64,000 nt of DNA from an uncultured Bacteroidales bacterium (GCA_902770595.1 CACXTQ010000030.1:7105-71104), one strand, 5' to 3'. Shown: positions 9,612-17,961, numbered from the stretch's first letter. Made by a program: numbers and translations. Notes: generated by a model from the sequence alone, not told the origin.

Positions 9612-10367
9612 TCAAGAGCCCGAATATTTCATCCAGTACTGCCTCTCATCTTCGCCCATCTTCTCGATTGCATATCTCAGCATCGTTCTCGGCATTTCGT
9701 GAGCGTGACGTTCGAGGAAGTCGCGGAGCAGATCCATATTGACCTGCTTGCCCATCTCGCGCAACATCCATCCCACCGCCTTGTGCATCAGGTCGTGCGG
9801 ATGATGGAGGTGCATCTCGGCATAACGCAGGCACCACGACGGGTCTTCATAACGCGAGGTCATCCACGAGCTCACCATGCTGATACGTTTTCGCCAAAGG
9901 CTGTCGCTCGTGGCAAGTCCATCCATCGTGGCAAGCTTGTCGCCAAGGTGCGAAGGCAGCATCAGCCAATGTCCGATAATCTTCGGAGCCGAAAGGTCCA
10001 CCAGGTCCCAGTTGTTGGCATAGTCGGCATATTCGAGATACATCTTCACAATGGCATCCCTTCCTTCGATGGCGGCTTCGTCATTCGTTTTCTTTTTCGT
10101 GGCCAGTTCCTCGAACCTTTTGACGAGCAAAAGGAAGCCGCACAGACGGATCTCGTGATAGCGATTGGTCAGCAGTTCGGGAATCTCCTCGAAAGGCACA
10201 TCCTTGGCGTATTTCACGACCTCGCGCGTCTCGGGTACTTTCAATCCCAGGAACTCGTCGCCCTCGCCATATTCGCCCTTGCCCGTTTTGAAGAATCGCA
10301 TCAAGCCAATGCGCTGCTCCTCGTTGCGTAGCGACTCCATGTATTGGATAACTTCTTTTGCGGTCAT
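9612..10367 (-). CDS. DNA alkylation repair protein (AlkD-like HEAT-repeat glycosylase family)
   Basis: 251 aa. RFFKTGKGEYGEGDEFLGLKVP...R..VK and the C-terminal WMLRE pattern are typical of the DNA_alkylation family. Confidence 0.75.
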   Translation of the reverse strand: MTAKEVIQYMESLRNEEQRIGLMRFFKTGKGEYGEGDEFLGLKVPETREVVKYAKDVPFEEIPELLTNRYHEIRLCGFLLLVKRFEELATKKKTNDEAAIEGRDAIVKMYLEYADYANNWDLVDLSAPKIIGHWLMLPSHLGDKLATMDGLATSDSLWRKRISMVSSWMTSRYEDPSWCLRYAEMHLHHPHDLMHKAVGWMLREMGKQVNMDLLRDFLERHAHEMPRTMLRYAIEKMGEDERQYWMKYSGS

Positions 10368-10395
10368 TTTGTTACTTTGTGATCTATTATTTTTG

Positions 10396-10767
10396 TGAAA
10401 ATGGCTTCGTCTCTCGCTTCAATAGTAAAAGCCTGAAAGGCTGGGAAGAATACAGGAGGGGGTGTAAGCCCCCGTTAGACAGGGCCCAAACAATAGGAGT
10501 GCTGAAGGCACGAAAGACCATCTTTCGCCCTTTCAGGGCTTCCTTGTGTGGTGTTATCATCACTGGGGGTTATACCCCCGTCTGTGGTCTTTTCGCCCCT
10601 CTGGGGCTATCCGTAATTCGATTCCCGAGAAATACGTAGCACAAAATGATGAGTTTGGTGCCAGATGTTTTTCCGCACGAAGTGCGATTTTTTGCAGGTA
10701 TTGGACCTGCTCATTTTCCGGCAGAAACAACCAGGCCATTGGGGCCGAGGTTGTCTGCATTTTCACC
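10396..10767 (-). repeat. MITE-like intergenic element, family 1, copy B (inverted, with a roughly 230-nt hairpin-rich insert)
   Basis: The reverse complement of 10671-10767 matches 21638-21734 with 2 mismatches in 97 nt. The other end (10396-10435) matches the right ends of copies A and C (gtgaaaatgg...ttcaatag). Confidence 0.75.
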
Positions 10768-10782
10768 TTAATTATGAAAATC

Positions 10783-11106
10783 CTACTTTAATGCCTTGCA
10801 AGTCACTTTGACCAAATTGGAAATGAGCTGGTGGTCATCGATATCCTCGATCCAGAAATAGTCTTTCGCACCATCGTACGGAGGACGAAGCACAACCGTG
10901 CCCAGCAAAGCGCGACCAGCCTCGGTGGGCTTCACATAGAAGCGGTTGTCGCAGATCAGCCCGAAAATCTTCCCGTTACAATAGATGCCGTAGTCGCCGA
11001 ACATCTTCTTGATGGTTATCGTCCCTGCGCCAGCACACTGGTCGGCGATGTATTGCACAAAATCAGGATTACAAGCCATAGTTTTATCGTTTTTTTCGAA
11101 CATCAA
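10783..11106 (-). CDS. TfoX/Sxy N-terminal domain protein
   Basis: 107 aa. KKMFGDYGIYCNGKIFGLICDNRFYVK is a TfoX_N pattern. Confidence 0.65.
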   Translation of the reverse strand: MMFEKNDKTMACNPDFVQYIADQCAGAGTITIKKMFGDYGIYCNGKIFGLICDNRFYVKPTEAGRALLGTVVLRPPYDGAKDYFWIEDIDDHQLISNLVKVTCKALK

Positions 11107-12166
11107 ACAACTTGCCCTTCAGCCATTCGCGAACAGGCATATCGTAAAGCCTGAACGCTGCGTAAGCCAAGCCGATGGCCAGGAGCAGGATGCACGCAGC
11201 CACAAAGATATGCTGGCTGAGCGGCGCGATGGCCTGGCTCTTGCCGCCCTTCACGCTGCTGCCTGCGCCTATCGAGACGATGAGCGGGAAGCAAACGAGG
11301 ATACAGAACGCCTCGTAGAGTCCATTCGTCCAGCGGCTGTCGCCCTCGGTGCCTATGCCCATCCAGGGCATGCAAAGCAGGATGACGATGAGTAGCGAAC
11401 ACCACCAGAAGCCTCCACGAACCTTGATCACCCAGTTCATGCGCGAAAGGAAAAGTCCGCTGAAGAACGGATATAGCAAACGGGTGGCGCCCACTTGAAG
11501 CTGGTCGGGCGTGGTGCTCCATCCGCCTACGACGGTATATGATGCCCAACTGCGTGCCGCTAGAACGCCAAAGATGTCGATGTTCAGACAAAGTATCAGG
11601 GTAAGAATGGCGAAAAGTGCCACGCATATGCCCAGAACCATTTTCGAGAATCGGCGAATCACCAGCGCATAGAGGATGTTGGCGATATACTCCCATTGGA
11701 GCGTCCACGCCGGGCCATTGAGCGGATTGGTTTCTCCCCAGCCGCGTATATCCATCGAATTGGGCAAAGGAATAAGCGTAAAGCACCACAACATCACTCC
11801 AAGCACCACGTACCACGGCGTCTTGTCGATGAGCGTGAACGTCGAGCAACTGCCGAAATAGAACATCACGGCTCCGAAGAACGTGCCAAAAATCACCATC
11901 GGATGCAGACGAATCAGACGGCGCTTGAAGAAGCCCCACGTGCTCATCTTGTCCCAACGGTCGTCGTAGGCATAGCCGATGACGAAGCCCGAAAGCGCGA
12001 AGAAGAAATCGACCGCCAGATAGCCGTGGTTGATGGGTTGGTTGGGTGCCATTCCAAAGTAGGTCTCGAAGAAGTGAAAGCACACCACCAGCACGGCCGC
12101 CACTCCGCGCAAGCCGTCCAGAATTTCGTAACGTGGTTTTGATTCAAGATAAATGTTGTTACCCAT
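11084..12166 (-). CDS. acyltransferase family 3 (membrane O-acyltransferase)
   Basis: RYEILDGLRGVAAVLVVCFHF and about 10 TM segments. I chose the start at MGNNIY (12166). The track ORF extends to 12220 across a promoter-like sequence. Confidence 0.75.
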   Translation of the reverse strand: MGNNIYLESKPRYEILDGLRGVAAVLVVCFHFFETYFGMAPNQPINHGYLAVDFFFALSGFVIGYAYDDRWDKMSTWGFFKRRLIRLHPMVIFGTFFGAVMFYFGSCSTFTLIDKTPWYVVLGVMLWCFTLIPLPNSMDIRGWGETNPLNGPAWTLQWEYIANILYALVIRRFSKMVLGICVALFAILTLILCLNIDIFGVLAARSWASYTVVGGWSTTPDQLQVGATRLLYPFFSGLFLSRMNWVIKVRGGFWWCSLLIVILLCMPWMGIGTEGDSRWTNGLYEAFCILVCFPLIVSIGAGSSVKGGKSQAIAPLSQHIFVAACILLLAIGLAYAAFRLYDMPVREWLKGKLFDVRKKR

Positions 12167-12302
12167 ATTGATAAAGCCTAATTTAGGCGCAAATATGAGG
12201 AAAATATCTGATTTTTCCAAATTATTGACCGAAAAATGGCCGCTTTTTTAATAATGTTAGCGCGCAAGTGCGAAATAGGCTCGTTTTTCCGATAATTCAT
12301 AA

Positions 12303-12351
12303 CAAAAATATCGCCGCATATCCCTCCTAGTTATACTTTGAGGATATGCAG
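12303..12351 (-). terminator. intrinsic terminator downstream of the HTH gene
   Basis: Stem gcatatccctc (12316-12326) / gaggatatgc (12340-12349), followed on the minus strand by a T-run (plus-strand aaaaata 12304-12310). Confidence 0.5.
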
Positions 12352-12395
12352 CGAATAATTTAGGAAATTAGCGTTTCAGGCTTCCTGTGCTAGTT

Positions 12396-12797
12396 TTATT
12401 GTTCAAGCTCGAAGCCATATCGCTTGGCCACACGGAGCAGCACGCGGTAGGAACGCCAACCACAACGACGTGCCGCCTTGTCGAGCCGCTTCACGCGATT
12501 GGTTCCTGTTGCGCTTTGTCCGAAGCCTGGTTTGGCTTCACCCTCGGCACCCTGTCGCAACAGCTCGCGTGCCTGAAGGAGTCGCCAGCGGTTGATGAAG
12601 TCTCCGAGGGGCAACCCAGTGAGAATATGCATAGCGCCATAGAGATGTGGCTTCTTCACATCCATCAGGATGGCGAGGTCGGCAGCCGCGATGATCTGTG
12701 TCTTGCGCAGGCAGTTCACGACCTCGTCAAGAATCCTGTCGCCTGTAGGCTCCCTTCTACCGTACAGTTCCTCGATGCTGGTCACTATCGGTTTCAT
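12396..12797 (-). CDS. small helix-turn-helix protein (AraC-type HTH-like C-terminus)
   Basis: 133 aa. GLPLGDFINRWRLLQARELLRQ resembles the second HTH of AraC-family regulators. Separated by 3 nt from the upstream gene. Confidence 0.45.
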   Translation of the reverse strand: MKPIVTSIEELYGRREPTGDRILDEVVNCLRKTQIIAAADLAILMDVKKPHLYGAMHILTGLPLGDFINRWRLLQARELLRQGAEGEAKPGFGQSATGTNRVKRLDKAARRCGWRSYRVLLRVAKRYGFELEQ

Positions 12798-12800
12798 CGT

Positions 12801-13826
12801 TTAGAAGCTTACATCGTCACCATTCACGACGCCATTCTCCGAAGGCTGGTTCGGGTCGGTGGTGTTGTCGGTGCTGTTGCCGTTACCGCCGGTGTTGCTG
12901 TCGCCGTTGCCGCCGCCGCTCGTTCCGCCGTTGTTTTCGGTGGAGCCATCGATGGCTCCATTGTCAACGCCGTTCGAGCCGCCGTTGCCGCCGCCCTGGC
13001 CGCCCTCGTTCGAGCCGCCGTTGCCGCCCTCATTTGAGCCCTGGCCGCCCTCGTCACCAGCATTCGAGCCACCCTCGCCCTCCTCGGTGTCGCCACCGCT
13101 GAGGCGCTGCTCGAGGCGCTTCTTCGCATCGCTGAGCAGGACGTTGACGTGGGCGATGAACGCCTGGCAGGCGGTGGCCTTCTCGGCATTCGCCTCGTCG
13201 GTCGAGTTGGCGAGGTACTGCACCGTGTAGATCAGCTGGAGGTAGATGTCGTACATCTCGTCGCGCAGGCGAGCGGTCACGCCCATATTGCCCTCGGCCT
13301 TCTCGGCGGTGCGCTGGGCGTAGGCAGCGATGAACTCGTTGTTGGCATCCTCGAGCGCCGTGATGTCTTCGGCAAGGCCCAGGGTGGCGATGCCGCTGTC
13401 GCCGAGCTTCTCGTTGAGGTCGAGGATGAAGCCCTGGAGGATGGAGGTGCGCTCCTGGTAGGCCTTCGAGGTGACGGTGGCCACGTACTTCGAGAGCAGG
13501 TGGGTGCGCACCACGTCCTGGATGGCAAGCAGCGCCTCGTTCTGCTCGGCCACCTCGACCATCTGCAGGCGCAGGCGGATGCGTCGGAAGATGAGGCAGC
13601 GGCGGTCGTCAGCCGCCTTCATGGCAGCGGTGAACTCAGAGCCCTGGCTCACATAGACGCGGTCGATGAGCTCCTGCAGCTTGCTGCCGAATGCGGGCAG
13701 AATGCCGATGACGCCCAGCTTCGAGGGGTCGTTGGTGGTGATGGCCTTCTGCACGTTGATGTAGAACGCCGTGATCTCAGCGTTGTTCAGGCGCGAGATC
13801 GAGAAGTTGGAATTGATTGAAAACAT
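12801..13826 (-). CDS. hypothetical alpha-helical protein with a long Gly/Asn/Ser-rich low-complexity C-terminal tail
   Basis: 341 aa. Visibly GC-rich, with open frames on both strands. This frame has the helical N-terminal 230 aa and the tail GGSNAGDEGGQGSNEGGNGGSNEGGQGGGNGGSNG. Preceded by a TAACTTTG promoter box. Confidence 0.5.
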   Translation of the reverse strand: MFSINSNFSISRLNNAEITAFYINVQKAITTNDPSKLGVIGILPAFGSKLQELIDRVYVSQGSEFTAAMKAADDRRCLIFRRIRLRLQMVEVAEQNEALLAIQDVVRTHLLSKYVATVTSKAYQERTSILQGFILDLNEKLGDSGIATLGLAEDITALEDANNEFIAAYAQRTAEKAEGNMGVTARLRDEMYDIYLQLIYTVQYLANSTDEANAEKATACQAFIAHVNVLLSDAKKRLEQRLSGGDTEEGEGGSNAGDEGGQGSNEGGNGGSNEGGQGGGNGGSNGVDNGAIDGSTENNGGTSGGGNGDSNTGGNGNSTDNTTDPNQPSENGVVNGDDVSF

Positions 13827-13967
13827 AGTCTTTGCAAAAGTTTAGGTTAATACAATAAAACGAGTGAAATCTCTGCGCGGTCCCTGCCGGCCGGGTCAGT
13901 TCCCGTGGTGAAAACTCGCCGTTCAAGTCGCATTCCGGACTGCTCCTATCCCTTTGATTTCACGTTG
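13827..13967 (-). promoter_or_regulatory. structured 5' leader, about 135 nt, of the 12801-13826 gene
   Basis: Lies between the -7 box (13968-13975) and the ATG. gtgaaatc pairs with gatttcac about 95 nt downstream, enclosing a GC-rich segment (cccggccggcaggg). Confidence 0.3.
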
Positions 13968-13975
13968 CAAAGTTA
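13968..13975 (-). promoter_or_regulatory. -7 promoter box TAACTTTG (Bacteroidota TAnnTTTG)
   Basis: Plus-strand caaagtta at 13968-13975. Confidence 0.5.
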
Positions 13976-14071
13976 CGTATTTTTTTTGACATTTCCAAAT
14001 TTTTTGACCACTTTTTTGTGAAAAAATGAAGATTTTTTTGAATTTTTTTTGGTTATTTCAAAGATAGTATT

Positions 14072-14079
14072 TATCTTTG
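14072..14079 (+). promoter_or_regulatory. -7 promoter box TATCTTTG upstream of 14105
   Basis: Exact TAnnTTTG match, 26 nt before the ATG. Confidence 0.6.
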
Positions 14080-14104
14080 CACCCAATAAAATTATACTCC
14101 AAAT

Positions 14105-14509
14105 ATGAAGACTTCGAAACAGCCTACCATCGAGGAAAAGAAGGCAAGGGAACAACGCATACACGAGAGGCGAATGAAACACAAAAGGCCGAAGAAAAGA
14201 TTCCAGTTCTGGAAGAATATTGAGTTCTGGGTTATTTTTGGTCTTTTTGCGTTTATTGCTTATACTCGGTATGTTTACCATAATAATACGGAGTTATTAA
14301 ATGAGGATTATAAAATTACTACAGGATATATTTATAAAGAAGGGGGAATTGGGTATACATGGAGTTTTTATTATTACTTTAATGTATATAGTGCTGAATT
14401 TCAGGGAGTATCAAGTCCTATTAAAGGCAAGAAAGTTGGTGACACGATACAGGTAAGGTATTATGTCCCCAATCCCGCAATAAATAGATGGGAAGGGGAA
14501 ATGCATTAG
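14105..14509 (+). CDS. hypothetical membrane-anchored protein
   Basis: 134 aa. Basic N-terminus, one TM segment (FWVIFGLFAFIAY), then a beta-rich domain. AT-rich codon usage, unlike its neighbours. Confidence 0.5.
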   Translation: MKTSKQPTIEEKKAREQRIHERRMKHKRPKKRFQFWKNIEFWVIFGLFAFIAYTRYVYHNNTELLNEDYKITTGYIYKEGGIGYTWSFYYYFNVYSAEFQGVSSPIKGKKVGDTIQVRYYVPNPAINRWEGEMH

Positions 14510-14580
14510 AATTATATACATTTACGCCTTTGCAAAGACAAATATTTCCAAATCTTTTTGGCCATCTTGTAATTATTGCT

Positions 14581-14588
14581 TATCTTTG
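14581..14588 (+). promoter_or_regulatory. -7 promoter box TATCTTTG upstream of the RAYT-like gene
   Basis: Exact TAnnTTTG match, 74 nt before the ATG at 14662. Confidence 0.55.
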
Positions 14589-14592
14589 CGCC

Positions 14593-14652
14593 GCACATCC
14601 AATCACAAAACAAACGCACATCCAATCGCAAAACAAACGCACATCCAATCGC
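14593..14652 (+). repeat. 23-nt tandem repeat, about 2.6 units (gcacatccaatcRcaaaacaaac), in the 5' leader
   Basis: Units at 14593-14615, 14616-14638 and 14639-14652 (partial), with one mismatch. Confidence 0.85.
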
Positions 14653-14661
14653 TATTCGACC

Positions 14662-15990
14662 ATGAACCCCTCTCATCGTCCGCATTGCAATGGCCACGAC
14701 TACTACGAGCGTGGCATCTATCTGATCACAATCGTGGTCGCCAATCGCGACCACCTCCTCGGCGAGCTCAACATGGACATCGCCAATCCTGGCGTGAACC
14801 TCACCCCGCTGGGAAAGGCGGTGATGGAGGAGTGGGATGCCACTCCCTCCATTCAAGCCAAACATGGCCGCCGCGTCAAGACGCTGGCAGCCTCGGTCAT
14901 GCCCGACCATTTCCATGGCGTCCTCTTTGTAGAGGAGCGCATGGATGTGAGTGTCGGGCAGGTGATCTGCGGTTTCAAAACCGCCTGCACGATGCGCTGG
15001 CGAGCACTAACGGGCGCCAACCAGTCCTCATCTCAGCCACACGCGGCTGATGACGGAAACGAAAACGGGACTCCTCCTTGTCCCCCATCACAGCCCGGCG
15101 CCCCTACCGGTTCTTGTCCTCCGTCGCAGCCGCGTGTGGCTGCAACACCTACCCCACCCCCTCCCGACCTCCACCGCATGTCTCGCGCGCAACGCGCGCA
15201 GTATTATGCCTCCCACCCCCGCAACCAGCGGCCCCTCTTCGACGATAACTACGACGATTCGTTCCTTTGGAGAAAAGGGCAGCTGCAGGCGATGATTGCC
15301 TACGTGCAAGACAACCCGCGGCGTGCCATCATCAAGGCGCGCGTGCCGCAGTTCATGCAGAGCTGCCTGTGCCTCACCATCGGTGGAATGCGCTACTCTG
15401 CCTTCGGCAACTTCCTCCTGCTGCGCTGTCCGCTAAAGGCGCAGGTCTTCTGCCATCGCAAGGCACGTATGGAACAGCTCACCCTCGAAGAGCGCCTCGC
15501 GAATGGCTACACGGCCCTTCCCTATCCTCCCGACACACTTACCAAGGTGCCTTACATCGACACCCAGGCGTGGCTCCACGATCGTGACGCCTGGATCAAC
15601 GCAGCACAAGAGGGCACCGTCCTCGTCACCCCTGGCATCTCCCCCGGCGAACTCGCCATAAAGAACCTCGCCACCGAAAACCGCCTCCCCCTCATCCACC
15701 TCCAGAAGGAACCGATCACCAAGAAACCTGAGGGCGAGCGTTTCTTCGCCTGTGCCGAAGGCTCACTGCTCATCCTCGCCCCTTGGCCAGAGGATCTTGA
15801 CGCGATGCCGTCACAGCTCGACGTGGCTATGAACCATGGCCCTTCAAACCTCTCAAACTACTCAAACCTTTCGAACCCCACGTCTCCTTCCGACTACGAC
15901 CGCTTCCACAACATGAACCTCCTCGCAAAACAAATTTGCGAGATGGACACTGTTGATATGCCGTTAAGTTTTAGGGTGGTGGATGAGTGA
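14662..15990 (+). CDS. REP-associated tyrosine transposase (RAYT)-like HUH Y1 protein with a Pro-rich insert and a C-terminal extension
   Basis: N-terminus HDYYERGIYLITIVVANRDHLLG. HUH motif MPDHFHGVLFV. Tyr motif MIAYVQDNPRRA. I chose the start at MNPSHRP (14662). The track ORF (14488) runs through the promoter and repeat leader. Confidence 0.65.
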   Translation: MNPSHRPHCNGHDYYERGIYLITIVVANRDHLLGELNMDIANPGVNLTPLGKAVMEEWDATPSIQAKHGRRVKTLAASVMPDHFHGVLFVEERMDVSVGQVICGFKTACTMRWRALTGANQSSSQPHAADDGNENGTPPCPPSQPGAPTGSCPPSQPRVAATPTPPPPDLHRMSRAQRAQYYASHPRNQRPLFDDNYDDSFLWRKGQLQAMIAYVQDNPRRAIIKARVPQFMQSCLCLTIGGMRYSAFGNFLLLRCPLKAQVFCHRKARMEQLTLEERLANGYTALPYPPDTLTKVPYIDTQAWLHDRDAWINAAQEGTVLVTPGISPGELAIKNLATENRLPLIHLQKEPITKKPEGERFFACAEGSLLILAPWPEDLDAMPSQLDVAMNHGPSNLSNYSNLSNPTSPSDYDRFHNMNLLAKQICEMDTVDMPLSFRVVDE

Positions 15991-16045
15991 CAATGAGTCA
16001 GCTCAGAAAAAAAAATAAAGAGTGGAAGATGAATTAATGGTGTTT

Positions 16046-16071
16046 GGTTAGGGATAAACCCTAACTTTTTA
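16046..16071 (+). terminator. intrinsic terminator after the RAYT-like gene
   Basis: ggttaggg-ataaa-ccctaac followed by ttttt. Confidence 0.6.
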
Positions 16072-16130
16072 AAAGATTTAGTTTTTCACAGTGTGTAGTT
16101 AATAATTCGACAGATAAAATATATATAATT

Positions 16131-16156
16131 TAAAAGGTTAGGGTTGAACCCTAACC
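16131..16156 (-). terminator. intrinsic terminator after the VirE-type helicase gene
   Basis: ggttaggg-ttgaa-ccctaacc, preceded on the plus strand by taaaa (a T-run on the minus strand). Same stem as 16046-16065. Confidence 0.55.
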
Positions 16157-16209
16157 TTAACCTATATTACAGCATACTTGTGCTTTAATAAGAGATGGAG
16201 ACTATATTA

Positions 16210-17961
16210 CTAAGAATCTTCGTCTTCGTTATAGAGTGATTCTAGTTGCTCGTCTGTAAGAATATAATTCCTTGGCACAATATTGTCTGCACTGGGATCT
16301 TCCTTGGCATTGAGTCCATTCAAATCCGCAGAAATCTCAACATCATTTCGTAGCTTATATTCTTCATTTGAAACTTCAATTACAAAATATCTACGTTTAT
16401 TATGCGGATTAATCGAATCAAAACCCATTCGTGACATAGCTTTGCCAATCATATTGATTGAGAACTCGCGTGCTGTCAATTTGCTTCGTTCAATTAAAAT
16501 TGATTGTATCTCTGAGCACATCAAGTATGTTCCGGTTTCTCCGGATTCGGGTTTCCTGAAACATTTTTGAATTGTTTCTTCAATAAGATTTGGCTCAGCA
16601 AAATAACGATTGTTATCAGTTATTTCGGCTGCTTCTTCCATCGAAAGCGATGAATTGAAGTCTGGTTGTTTGCAGAGATACCAAGCCTCGGCATAAGCCT
16701 CACTGTATTGAAGTGGATCTTCGTTCAAATTGATTGTACCATCAATTTCGACGCTCAGATAACGGCGGTCGCCAGAAAGATCAGACAGGTATTGAGTATC
16801 GTTCCCCGTAGCGAAAAACGATGCTCGACGTTTTCGATTTTTGGCAATGCGATCGTAGGCACGTCGAATTTGTGTTGTTCCTGAACTGATGAATGCCTTC
16901 ATCTGGTTGGCCTTGCCTTGCTGCATGAATTCATCGAATGACATCAGTATATTCGATGTTGTTGCCAATTGCAAGTCCTTGTCCTTAGGGTCTTCAGTGG
17001 GCGGAACGCGTCGGAAGTACCTGCTCAATTCTGGAGGCAGTATATTTTTGGAGAAAAAGGTCTTTCCTGTATTTGGCACACCAATCAGCACAGGCATAAT
17101 CTGGTTCTCCTCAATTATCCCGGCTGCCAATGCCACCATGTTGACAAACCATTTACGCAGGTATTTCATATAGAATGTACGTTTCGATTCATCTTTGAAA
17201 AGCAGATGTCCGAAAAACTTTTCGATAGAATCCTCCCCATCGTCTGTTGGAATATATGCGGGAAGATTATTCAAATACTCCATAAACGGATCATAGGCGG
17301 ATGAAAAGTCACTTGCCTTGATGGCTGACATGAAATCAGACTTAGACAATCTTGCACCTCCTTTTTTGACATATGTATAGAATGTATCAGCTGCTCGGTC
17401 ATCAAGAGTATCCCAAGGAGAATCAGCTTTGGATTTCAACCTATATTCGATGTCTTCGGTAAACACATTGAATCGGAATTCCGCTATCTCGGATGCTTTC
17501 TTCTGAGCCGTCGTCATAGCAGGTTCTTTGGGTTTGTCCTTTTCCTTTCCCGATTTTCCAAACTTCTGATTATTTAACTTCTGCGAATAATCCATGGAAG
17601 ACCGCGTAACATCGATTCCATGGTCACTTGCAATTTTCATCAATGTGCCGATACGTATTTTTCCTTGATTGCTATTAAGGCATTCTGTAAATTTCTTATC
17701 GGTTTCATCACATTTATAATTCTGACTGAATTTACTGAAGCGATGAGCATAACTTCTGCCTGCCTCTCCAAATTCGTTGGCCAAAGCCATCAAGATACGA
17801 AACCAATCATCATAATCGGCCGTGATATCACAATGTTGCTGCTCGATGCGGGATAGCACGAGTTCTACGTGATTACGTTCTGAATAATCAGCAATGTTCT
17901 TTCGTATCAAAGGTACATTGCCGTAGTCTGCGCTCAAGCGGTCAAAGTTTGGCTTTCTCAT
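16210..17961 (-). CDS. PriCT-2 domain + virulence-associated E (VirE) family P-loop NTPase (primase-associated helicase)
   Basis: 583 aa. DYDDWFRILMALANEFGEAGRSYAHRFS (PriCT-2-like). Walker A IGVPNTGKTFF. VirE-like core. Confidence 0.75.
   Translation of the reverse strand: MRKPNFDRLSADYGNVPLIRKNIADYSERNHVELVLSRIEQQHCDITADYDDWFRILMALANEFGEAGRSYAHRFSKFSQNYKCDETDKKFTECLNSNQGKIRIGTLMKIASDHGIDVTRSSMDYSQKLNNQKFGKSGKEKDKPKEPAMTTAQKKASEIAEFRFNVFTEDIEYRLKSKADSPWDTLDDRAADTFYTYVKKGGARLSKSDFMSAIKASDFSSAYDPFMEYLNNLPAYIPTDDGEDSIEKFFGHLLFKDESKRTFYMKYLRKWFVNMVALAAGIIEENQIMPVLIGVPNTGKTFFSKNILPPELSRYFRRVPPTEDPKDKDLQLATTSNILMSFDEFMQQGKANQMKAFISSGTTQIRRAYDRIAKNRKRRASFFATGNDTQYLSDLSGDRRYLSVEIDGTINLNEDPLQYSEAYAEAWYLCKQPDFNSSLSMEEAAEITDNNRYFAEPNLIEETIQKCFRKPESGETGTYLMCSEIQSILIERSKLTAREFSINMIGKAMSRMGFDSINPHNKRRYFVIEVSNEEYKLRNDVEISADLNGLNAKEDPSADNIVPRNYILTDEQLESLYNEDEDS

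Noticed and set aside
11103-12083. 326-aa minus-strand ORF in another frame of the acyltransferase locus
   Set aside because: The translation is Arg/Gly/His-rich with no TM segments. The overlapping frame gives a clean acyltransferase-3 protein.
12824-13820. Several 80-220-aa ORFs on both strands inside the GC-rich gene
   Set aside because: High GC removes stop codons in all frames. The translations are Ala/Arg/Pro-rich nonsense. Only the 341-aa frame has a promoter box and a coherent helical domain.
13976-14055. Phased T-tracts in the divergent promoter region as a designed curvature element
   Set aside because: The tract spacing (roughly 25, 12, 17 and 11 nt) is only loosely helical. AT-rich promoter DNA is sufficient explanation.
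16046-16156. TTAGGG/CCCTAA strings as telomere-like repeats
   Set aside because: There is only one unit per arm, arranged as hairpin stems followed by T-runs. Terminator or REP-like units explain them better.
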